From contig OZ024754.1 in NCBI GenBank assembly GCA_964016885.1, forward strand, positions 11,780,001 through 11,844,000: a stretch of DNA of 64,000 bases, given 5' to 3'. The position numbers and the translations under genes are program-made. Of the stretch, positions 17,400 through 28,200 are shown in pieces; the stretch's first letter is position 1; the number at the start of each line of letters is the position of its first letter. Under the pieces are notes generated by a model, which saw only the letters and a list, made by a program, of their open reading frames with translations, made no database searches and was not told the origin of the DNA. The stretch is from Eledone cirrhosa. Its lineage: Eukaryota.

Positions 17400-18088
17400 T
17401 ATCATCGTTTAATGTCCATCTTCCACGCTTGCATGGGTTTGGATGGGAGTTTTCCCACTTGAGGCAAGAGTGGTTGTCTTGCTCGCATAGAACTGTCTGG
17501 CGGGTTTTCTACGGTTGGATGCCCTTCCTAACACCAACCACGTTTACAGTGTGGGACTGGGAGGTTTTTACCGTGTTACCTACACGGCCACATTACAGCG
17601 TGGACTGTCTGGCGGGTTTTCTACATTTGGATGCCCTTCCTAACACCAACCACGTTTACAGTGTGGACTGGGAGGTTTTTACCCCTACACGGCCACATTA
17701 CAGCGTGGACTGTCTGGCAGGTTTTCTACAGCTGGATGCCCTTCCTAACACCAACCACGTTTACAGTGTGGACTGGGAGGTTTTTACCGTGTTACCTACA
17801 CGGCCACATTACAGCGTGGACTGTCTGGCGGGTTTTCTACATTTGGATGCCCTTCCTAACACCAACCACGTTTACAGTGTGGACTGGGAGGTTTTTACCG
17901 TGTTACCTACACGGCCACATTACAGCGTGGACTGTCTGGCAGGTTTTCTACAGCTGGATGCCCTTCCTAACACCAACCACGTTTACAGTGTGGACTGGGA
18001 GGTTTTTACCGTGTTACCTACACGGCCACATTACAGCGTGGACTGTGTGTTTTTTTGTTGTGACACCTACACGACCTCATTTGTTTCG
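17400..18088 (-). repeat. RTE-tailed SINE with ~5 tandem internal 111-bp duplications
   Basis: Unit ggactgtctggc.ggttttctaca...cacggccacattacagcgt; the ORF track shows the matching 37-aa periodicity. Confidence 0.85.
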
Positions 18089-18132
18089 GACATATATATA
18101 TATATATATACATACATATATATATATATGTT

Positions 18133-18335
18133 GTGAAGGCATGTGGCTGAGTGGTTAGAGAACCGAATTCGCAATCGTGAGGTTGTCAGTTCGATTCCTG
18201 GACCGGGCGATGCGTTATGTCCTTGAGCAAGGCACTTTATTTCACGTTGCTCCTTCTACCTGGAGTTGCGACCAATAGATAGTATTAGCAACTGAAAAGA
18301 CCAACGGAAACACTGTTTCCTCGGTCCGATTTGAC
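18133..18335 (+). mobile_element. tRNA-derived SINE
   Basis: A-box tggctgagtgg, B-box gttcgattcc; paralog of 9033-9240. Confidence 0.8.
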
Positions 18336-18339
18336 AAAG

Positions 18340-18386
18340 CCGTTTCGACGGCTAATTCTGGACTCCAGAATTAGCCGTCGAAACGG
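18340..18386. repeat. Perfect 23-bp-arm palindrome
   Basis: ccgtttcgacggctaattctgga-c-tccagaattagccgtcgaaacgg. Confidence 0.95.
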
Positions 18387-18626
18387 GGTCTTACTGGTTC
18401 CTATTACCCACTCTACTACCCTAAGTATTGAGTACTTTGGTGCGTTATGGTCCACCTGGTTCCTTACCACATTTCCTTCGTTATATATATATATATGGAA
18501 AGTTATATTTAAAATTGTTGGGTTACAACTAGTAAATATTTATAACTGATATAAAAGCACTCGACAAATATTTGGAGTATATTTACAATATTAAATAAAT
18601 GGAAACTATATTTATAAAACCATATT

Positions 18627-18692
18627 TATTTCATTATATATATTTCGGGGATATCATATTAACAATATGCTATGCCTTCCTCAGACAAAATA
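18627..18692 (-). ncRNA. Type-I hammerhead motif, left arm of the inverted repeat
   Basis: Mirror image of 18814-18879. Confidence 0.62.
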
Positions 18693-18813
18693 CAATATAA
18701 ACAGTTTTATAGATAAATAGGTTAAACTGGCAGTGCCAGGTTAACCTCTTCAAATGCAAGTCGGTGTTATAACGGTATGTCGAATCTATTTATCTATAAA
18801 ACTGTTTATATTG

Positions 18814-18879
18814 TATTTTGTCTGAGGAAGGCATAGCATATTGTTAATATGATATCCCCGAAATATATATAATGAAATA
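18814..18879 (+). ncRNA. Type-I hammerhead motif, right arm of the inverted repeat
   Basis: tattttgt-CTGAGGA-aggcatagcatatt(gtt)aatatgatatcccc-GAAA-tatata-TA-atgaaata; stem I pairs with two G-U wobbles. Confidence 0.62.
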
Positions 18880-18916
18880 AATATGGTTTTATAAATATAG
18901 TTTCCATTTATTTAAT

Positions 18917-18994
<78 letters not shown>

Positions 18995-19043
18995 TATATG
19001 TGTATATATATATATATATATATGTGTATATATATATATATAC

Positions 19044-19128
<85 letters not shown>

Positions 19129-19133
19129 TATAC

Positions 19134-19189
<56 letters not shown>

Positions 19190-19284
19190 GTATATAAGGC
19201 ACGTAAAAGAACAAAGACTCGGGGCCCTCATTAAGGAGACTGCTCCACATACACCAACCCACATACAGTGATATAAGCACACTT

Positions 19285-19563
19285 CCTAATTGTCCCATCA
19301 ACAATACAGAAGTGTGCTTGAGAGCATATGTGGTCTATAAGATCATGTATAAAGAATGTAGCTCCTCATATATCAGAAGTACCATTAGAAGGAGACTACA
19401 CATGTAGGAATATGTGACAATATGAGCCTCTTCAGTCAAAAAACATTTTGACGGATGTTGCAACCAAGACATTGAGGTCACCATAGAGGCAAGTGAAAAG
19501 AATACAGGAAATTTAAGAATTAAGGAAGCTATTTTCATCGTCCAATTAAAGCCAGAAATAAAT
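19285..19563 (+). pseudogene. Decayed GIY-YIG endonuclease domain of a Penelope-like retroelement
   Basis: Manual translation [56 protein letters not shown]...LRIKEAIFIVQLKPEIN matches the PLE pattern VVYKI-C--C---YIG-T-R...H...EA--I----P-IN; two in-frame stops. Confidence 0.8.
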
Positions 19564-19564
19564 A

Positions 19565-19745
19565 ATTGTTTCTACTTTTGGCACAAGGCCAGCAATTACC
19601 CAGTACATTACTGGTACTTTATTTTATCGACCCCGTAAGGATGAAAGGCAACTTTAACCTCGGCGCGATTTGAACTCAGAATGGCAAGGGGCGTAACTCT
19701 ATGCGTCAAAGCATAGTGTCCGACCCTCTACCAATACTGCCAATA
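19565..19745 (-). mobile_element. CORE-type SINE
   Basis: Reverse complement of the 12480-12660 family. Confidence 0.7.
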
Positions 19746-19819
19746 AATAATAGGTCAGAAATGCATGAGATAGAATGGTTGCTATAACATCCCTGTGCAT
19801 ACACATACATTTTTCCAAC

Positions 19820-20012
19820 ACGTGTAGGTAACACGGTAAAAACCTCCCAGTCCACACTGTAAACGTGGTTGGTGTTAGGAAGGGCATCCAGCCATAGAAG
19901 ACCCGCCAGACAGTCCTATGCGAGCAAGACAACCACTCTTGCCTCAAGTGGGAAAACTCCCGTCCAAACCCATGCAAGCGTGGAACATGGCCGTTAAACG
20001 ATGATGATGATG
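19820..20012 (+). mobile_element. RTE-tailed SINE
   Basis: Reverse complement of the 6203 and 17400 copies; ends gttaaacgatgatgatgat. Confidence 0.75.
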
Positions 20013-20355
20013 GTAGGACCAGTTAGAGAAGAAAAGTCAAACTGTTCGTTTGTTTTATCTTGGCAGAATTTTAACTTAGAGCATAAAGAGCCATAACTAA
20101 ATGCAGCCAAGCATTTTGTCCGATGTTCTAACAATTATGCCAATCCACTCTCCTTCCTGAACCCAAAATAATAAAAATATAATTGTGGATTAAAGAGTTG
20201 ACACAGGGTGGAGGTTGCAGGGAATTGGATACCTCTCCCCTCCTACTTTTCAATGGTGCACTCTTAGATCTATAAAATAGTCTTGAAATATGCCCCTTGC
20301 AATGCTCCAGAATATTCTAAATTCACCCACCCCGACCTTACCCAATCCGCAACTT

Positions 20356-20566
20356 TTAACCCTTTAGCATTTAAACTGGCCATATCCGGCCAGAATTTTT
20401 TCACCTCTTTCTGTTCAAACCGGTTGTAACCAGCTACTCACACTGATGTTAAGGTATTTTTTCAAAATAAATAATATCAAAATCTTGTAGCTTCGATATC
20501 ATGTGAGATAAAGCCTTTACCATGAAAATATAATAGTATATATAGAGTAATGTAAATGCTTAAGGG
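20356..20566. mobile_element. Tc1/mariner-like MITE
   Basis: ttaaccctttagcattt...aaatgcttaaggg termini; same family as 40006-40230. Confidence 0.7.
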
Positions 20567-20701
20567 GAACACCAAAGCCTGGCAACTCACTTGGATCAAA
20601 GATTAACTTTAATATCTGGTTTTGTATTTCTAACCTAGCTGAGAGAATGATCAGAAAACCTAAGTCCTATTTTTTGCACTCTTTTGAGAAAGAAACATGA
20701 A

Positions 20702-20756
<55 letters not shown>

Positions 20757-21422
20757 TCGAACAGAATAAATTTAAATTTTTGGTGCTGAAGCCATTAACT
20801 GGAATTTGGACACTTTGTTTGAGGCCATTTCTAGATTGTGTGCTTGTATTTGAGTCACGTAACGTGATAGAGCCTGTGATAAGGATTCCCTGAGAGAACT
20901 TTCCAGAAGTGAGGTAAGTGTTGATTAATATTTCTAATGAAAGCATAAAATAAACTTTAAAATAACATCAACTCTACCAACTTTAAATTTACTTTTTTAA
21001 CCTGTTTCTTACCTTATTTTTCACTATCTAGTTAGTATTTGGAACATAACTTAACAAAGGTTTTTAATTTCTAATTATTTTGTTAGTGTTTGGAACATAA
21101 CTTAACAGAGGTTCTTACAATAAAACAATGAACACTTTAATCCTTTTATTACTACATTTCTAATGAAAGGCACTGCCAATGATTTTCAAATAATTTTGAA
21201 AATAATCAAGAATTTGGAGGGATTTAGTAATATAACTTTCTCATTATTAAGTTGATGTTTGGAACATAACTTAACTCCTTTGATACCAAGCCACAAAGCT
21301 GTTTGTTTTAAAGGTTTATATTTATCTAAACATTTACTGATGAATTCTTTGTAGTAGAGTCAAGTTTTGGGTTGTCTGGGGCTTCAACTATGACTTGTAT
21401 TTTCATCTACAAATTCTTTATT

Positions 21423-21424
<2 letters not shown>

Positions 21425-21456
<32 letters not shown>

Positions 21457-21558
21457 CCACCAACCATCATCACCACCACCTACATCATCATCATCCTCAT
21501 CACCATCACTGCCATCACCATCATCATCATCGTCGTCGTCGTCGCCACCACCATCATC

Positions 21559-21590
<32 letters not shown>

Positions 21591-21592
21591 CA
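21425..21592. repeat. (CAT/CAC)n microsatellite
   Basis: Direct reading. Confidence 0.9.
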
Positions 21593-21719
21593 TATTTGTT
21601 TTCCCAGTTTGGCACGAGTTGGATAGGTTGTAAGTCCATAACTAGAAGGGACGGTGATGATGATGATGTAATGTTTGAGAAAGACAGGTTGTTAATATAT
21701 GTATATATATATATATATA

Positions 21720-22083
21720 TGACCGTGACTTCTGGTGTCACGCAGTAATACAGAGTACCCGACCTCCCATGGGTACAAGCTGAAGCATATAGACAATATG
21801 CCCCAACAACCCCCACCGCAAGGTGGTCGTGGAGGTGCCACGGCAAAAAAGCACCCAGCCCACACTGTAAAGTGGATGTGTAGGCGCCACGAAAAAGCAC
21901 CCAGCACTCACTGTAAATGAGGTTGGTGTTAGGAAGGGCATCCAGCTGTAGAAATCAAGCCAGAATCAGTTCCTGTATGAGCAAGGCATGGTCAGCCGAC
22001 CAGACACTGCCCACAACAGGACAACCCGTCTAACCCATGCTAGCGTGGAAGAACGGACGTAAAACGGTGATGATGATGATGAT
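21720..22083 (+). mobile_element. RTE 3' end / RTE-tailed SINE
   Basis: Near-identical to 38990-39318; ends taacccatgctagcgtggaagaacggacgtaaaacggtgatgatgat. Confidence 0.75.
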
Positions 22084-22265
22084 ATATATATACAAATGTT
22101 TAAAGTAGTCAAATGAGCAACAAACATCAAAAAGAAAAGTAAAAATTGAAATTTCGTTTTTCGCCAGTGCTTTCCAGCTTTTTAATGTTTCGTTTACGAA
22201 TGTTGACGAAAACAGACGAAATTCTGGAGCCATGTTATAATATTTTTACATCATCGAAACTACAC

Positions 22266-22286
22266 ATGGATGACAGCAGATTACAG
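22266..22286 (+). CDS. MLX: MLX putative coding exon 1 (MDDSRLQ)
   Basis: ATG followed by CAG|GTAGAT donor, in phase with exon 2; short and without homology support. Confidence 0.5.
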
Positions 22287-25200
22287 GTAGATATATCAAT
22301 ATTTATTTACTTTGATTCGATTTATCGGTTACCCACTATTTTCTCTAATTTGCAATACTTGTTAATATATATATATTACTTCCATCCTGTAACCTTTCCA
22401 TGAGATTTGTATCTAATGAAATCGAGCAATCAAGTTAGCTATCTTTCTGTACGCATGTTTTCGTTTTCAGATTGTTGTATAGTAAATGTTAGCCAGTGAT
22501 AGCCAACCCTTTCTCCTACCAAGGAACACCCTTTATTTCTCCACGGATCTCCTACTAGAATTACTTCCATCCAAAATTATCATACAGTGAAAATAATCAA
22601 AACAGAAAAAAAATATATATATATTTACAGGAAATAGTTTTTGTAGAGAAGTTGTTATCTACCTCTTTACTATCAAAGACCCTTTTTATTTAAATAAAAC
22701 ATCCCACAGACCCCCTTGCTAAAATTACTCCTCCTCCCAGATCATTACACGGTGAGAATAACAGTCAATGTTTGTACTTAGAGAAGAATGTATACCTGGT
22801 GGTTTATGTATATTATGTGTTTATAGTGCTTGAAGATTTGAAACGTAGTTCACAGACGATTCTGTTGTAGAATGTTTAGAAAGACACGAGGTGTCCATAA
22901 ACACCCTCGGTGGGAACTACTGATGTAGTTGAAAATATAATGTATTTAATTTTATATTGGGTGGGTAAGTGCGAGAGTTAACTGAAACCAGGTTTGCCAC
23001 GTTTAGGTTCGGAATCATTACATATACTTGCAAGCCAGAGAGGGAACCTTTATGCGGTCACTTGGCCTACTGGAAATATCACCTAAGTCTCCTTTAAACC
23101 CCACCCTACTGTATTAAATAAGAAAAAGGGTTTTAGACATACAAACAAAAGGACTAAATGATTATTCTCATATTCTCACACATAAGTCTGCTTGATCAAC
23201 TTTGACCTGGGGCTACAGGCCAACAACAACTACCAGTAGAACGGTCGATATGCTAAAACAAGAAATGGTTTTGATCATAGCATCCTGTTTAGAATAGGTA
23301 CACTATATCCCTGCATGTCATAAAAGGCAACAAAAAAGGGTTGGCACAAGGAAGGTCACCTGGCTATAAAAGATGACCTCAAAAATAACACCATGATGAG
23401 TATGGCACCTATAATGGGCCCTGCAAGGCTTTAGCAGGAAGAAAAAAAAAACACTTTCAAAATGTTTCTTGTGTTGTTGTATAATGTTTAATTATATTGA
23501 AAATCATAGCAGTTAATTTATTCACAATTTTTATTTGTCTTTCTTTCTATCATTCCTTTCAGAGACGTATGTCTGACAGTTCGTTTTGTGATAGCAGTTT
23601 TGACCAATCCAACAGTAAGTAAACGATATTACTTTCTATCATCATCATCATTATTTTTATGCCTACTTCTTCATGCTTGCATGGGTTGGACAAGTCTTCT
23701 CCAGCGCAGCTTTTGTTGACTTGTTATGTTTCTTCATCATCTCCTCTCTGAGATTCAGCATTCTGCTCAGCTTTTCCTTAGCCTTCTTACTCTGCAGCTA
23801 CCTTCTACTTGGAGTTCCTGGCACTTCTTCACCCAATGATCATTATTCATACACATCACTGTATGTGTCTGGTTTAGAATAGATACACCGTATCCCTGCG
23901 TATTGTAAGAAGTGACTAAAAGTGTTGGTGTCAGGAAGGGCATCTGGCTGTAAAACATTGGCTTAAAAGATCCCGTCCAACCTATGTCAACATAGGAAAG
24001 TCAGCGTAAAAACAATGATAATGATCATGATGAACATGTGTCTGTCCCAGAGCAATCTTCTTGATTCCAGTCACATATCGGATGTTTTATAGGAATATAC
24101 TAGGAAGGGCATCCAGCTGTAGAAACCACCTCAAATATAGAACATGAGCAAGATGCGGTTCTCTGACTCATTTAGTCATGGACTATTATAACCTGTCCAA
24201 ACCATGGAAAGTGGACATAAAATGATGATATTAGATTTTAGTCTACACCAGTGTTTGCTTTCCCTCCTCATATTTTGCAAAAAAAAAAAAGCCAAACAAA
24301 ATATTTTAACCCTTTTGTTACCAACCTGGCCAAAACCAGCTCTGTTTTATGAAGTAAAACCATCCATTTTAAAGGTTTCCAATTTAAATTAAAATCTTTC
24401 AACATAATTTTATATAAGAACCTTTCATTAAGTTACTATCTTAGTAATGAAATAATTAATAATTTTAGTAAATCCCTCAAAATTCTTCATTAATTAATTA
24501 AAATAGAGTGTATATCATTAGAAGTGCAGTCATAAAAGAGTTAATCATAGTATCTACATTGACTCTGTGCTTTCTGAGTTGAAATCGACCCTCCTACCAG
24601 GTATTGCGACCAGCAGATAGTATCAGCAACGGAAAGGCTTTGTTTTTTGATTAGTTTGTTTTATTTTTTGTTGCTGTTGTTTTCTAGCACCTAACACTCA
24701 AACTTCAAATTCCACCTTTAAAATCTCATTTTGTTTTTTGTTATTGCTATATTTTGTTCTTTAGAAATGTGTTGTTTTATATTTCAGTCATGGATGGGGA
24801 TTTAAAAATTGAAGCCAGTCCAACTGGGGGCCAACGGTTTCCTTATTCACACAATAATAATTCAGGATCTATTGCACCTGGATGTGCCTCGTCTGCATCT
24901 TCTGCATATAATACAGGTAAGGTATTGAATACATGTTCAAATTATATTAAAGTTATAATTATTTTGGGAAAGCTGATACAATGTAAATTAGAAATAAATA
25001 AAGAAAATGGTGTGTGGTGTTGACTAAGCCAAAGACATGACAATTTCACTAGTATTCATGCCACAATAAAATGCACTTGGTAGAATGTGGGATCATATGT
25101 TGGATCCCTGGCTGACCTGGAAATCAGAGGCTTCACTTAAGTACTGACCAGTTTGTGACAGCATGTCCAATCCTAGTTAGCAAAGTAAATAGATGTTAAA

Positions 25201-28200
25201 CAATGATGATGATGATGATGATGATGATAACCCTTCTGCCACCATCCATAACCATATTTCTAATAAAACTTTTGAAATCATTTTGTAAATAATAAAAAAT
25301 TTGTAGGAATGTAATATTATCACTAACTTTCTCATTATTAAGCTGGTGTTTGAAACAACAAAGATTTTTACATAAAATTATGATGGAAGGTTTTAGGTAA
25401 CTATAAACATTTAAAATATATGAAATTGTATCATAGAACTAGAGGCAGTTATAGGCAGTTTAGTACCAAAAGAGGAAAATTATTAGTATAAAATATGTTT
25501 ATATAGATTTGATTAATTGTGCGATTTAGTAATCTAAGCAATTTTTTGATGATGGAAGGGGTAACAAAAGGCAGTGCATTGATGAGGTGGGATGCAGCCA
25601 ATACGACAAAATGGAAAAGATTGACATGGGTTTCACAAGATTAACCCTTGTTTTAATAGAAACAAAAATGACCTTAAAATGATTCTTGTTGTATTTAGTG
25701 TTTACTTGATATTTTCAACAATTTTCAGATGATGAAGACAGTGATAGCCGTACAATGATGAGTTATAAAGATCGCAGGCGAGAGGCACACACACAAGCTG
25801 AACAGAAACGCAGAGATGCTATCAAAGTAATTCATTTGGCTTTCTTCAATTATACTTTTATTTGAAGCTTGTCAGTGTTATACAATAAATGTTATTCCCA
25901 CTCTTTTGGAATGTGATGTTGTTTACTGACATGTGGAAGTAATTAATAATAAGAACGATGTTTTAAATATGCCTCTAGGATATAATTACATAAATGTTCA
26001 GCAGGATTAAATGTATGAATAACTTTGGAGAAATAACTATTTACAGAGACAAATGTAGGGCTAGAACCCTGGATCTGTAATTGGGAAGTGAACTTATTGT
26101 AGCACCATAGGCAATGCATTGTGTGTATAAATTCTAAAAAGTTATAGACAGATATATATAAATATACAAACTTACTTGGTGTATTATTATGGTTGATAAT
26201 TCTCTTGAATATCAAAGATAAATATGCATTGAAAGATCTATATTCTTTGTTTTACAGAAAGGTTATGATGATTTACAGACAATTGTGCCCAAATGCCAAC
26301 AACCTGACAGCTTAGGATCTCAGAAACTTAGCAAAGCATCAGTTTTACAAAAATGTAAGTTGATTTCAAGGTCTCTAGGTTGCAGCCATGCTGGATCAAT
26401 GCCTTAAAGGGTTTTTAATCAATTTCATATCGGCTATCAATACTTATTTTTTCAAATCTCATATTTATTTTATCAATCTATTTTTGTTGAACAGCTAAGT
26501 TATGAGATTATAAACACAGGCATACAAATTATATATATATATATATATGACAAAGGACCACAAGGTTGATGACATATGGTATTGGAGAAGACTCGTCTAC
26601 TAGCACAGTATAAAGTGTGTGGATTTATATTGCCCATTCCTGCCCTTCCCTCCACCATTGCTCTTTAGTAACTAGTCTCACCATCAAGGATCCCTCACAT
26701 CCCAATATACTGTGATCTGAGACAATGTAGGTTAGAGAGGCCTCCTCAGTATTGCTGAAGACACGACAACACCTCAAATGCTGGTTACACAATAACATGT
26801 CTCTATTACACTTTGTAAATTGTTTGGTGTAAGGAAGGGAATCCAGCCATAGAGAACATGGCAAAAATGGAATGTATCGAGACATGGTCATCCTCCAATT
26901 TGGAGGGACAGTAGCTTGGATTAAGTACTGACATGTGATGGCTTATGGCCTAGTGGTCAGAGTGTTACACATGATCATAAGATCCTGGACGAAGCAATAC
27001 GTTGTTCTTGAGCAAGATGCTTCATTTTACGATCAGGGTTCTTATCATTTAAACACTTGAGAAATCTTCTTTGAGATGTAACTTTATAAGCCAACTAAGC
27101 ATTCATATGTATGATCTGTAAATCTAAGCAATTTTTTTGTTTGATTTTGGTCTGTGATGTCCTGTACAACCCATTTCAACATAGAAAATAGATGTAAAAT
27201 GATGATGACAATGGTGATAATTTTATAATTTTTCTTCTATTCAGCCATAGATTATATTAGCTTCTTGGTAGATCAGAAATCTAAACAAGAGCTGGCTCTT
27301 GATACTCTCAGAAAAGAAGTTATGGCTTTGAAGATTATGAAAGCGTAAGCAGCAATTTTTCTATTATTAATAAAATGTTGTAGTTTGCTTGAAGCATTGT
27401 ATATAATATATAATGTTGAAAGAGATAGAAGGCTAAACAATGCAAAATGGACTCTAAGATGAAGTAACGAAAAGTAAGTTACTTGGTAATCTTTGTTTTG
27501 TTTCTTGTTGTTAGTGTTATTTTTTCTGTCCTAATATTTCAGGACCTAAAATTTCCTTCTTCAGAGTTTAAGGAACTTTCATAGAATAATGTTCCGGTTT
27601 CTTCTCTTTGGGATTGAATTTTGATTTACATTTCGTAAGTCATTTTCAATTGTTTTTCTATTATTGTACAACCCATGCTAACGTAGAAAATGGATGTTAA
27701 ACGATGATGATGATGTCAATTTTAACCCTTTTGTTACCATATTTCAAATAAAAAACACTACCCATGATTTTCAAATAATAAAAAATCTGGAAGGATTTAG
27801 TAAGAAAATTTTGGAGTATAACTTAACAAAGGGTCTTACATGAATTAATGATAGAAGTATTTTCAAATGAAAGACACTGCCTTATTTTACTTTTCAAAAT
27901 TATCAATATTTTGGAGGAATTTAGTAAAATAACTTCTCATTATTTATCTGGTGTGTGGAACAAACCTTAAAACAAATATGACGAAATGTTTTTATATAAA
28001 CTTAAATTGTTTACAGTAGGTGGCAAATTGGCAGAGTAATTAGAATATTGCAGTATTTGTTTCTGTGATCTGTGCTTAAATCTTCCTGAGAGATAAGATA
28101 TGAATTAATCACCCCATGATAAACATAATTTTCCTTGTTAAAGCAGGGTTAGCCTTGAGCTTTGTAACTTCTCTATTTAGCCCTATTCTTTGCATCCTTC

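Larger units (their letters stand above)
18584..18922. repeat. Perfect 137-bp inverted repeat with 65-bp spacer (candidate Penelope-like inverted pseudo-LTRs)
   Basis: 18584-18720 reads as the exact reverse complement of 18786-18922. Confidence 0.92.
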
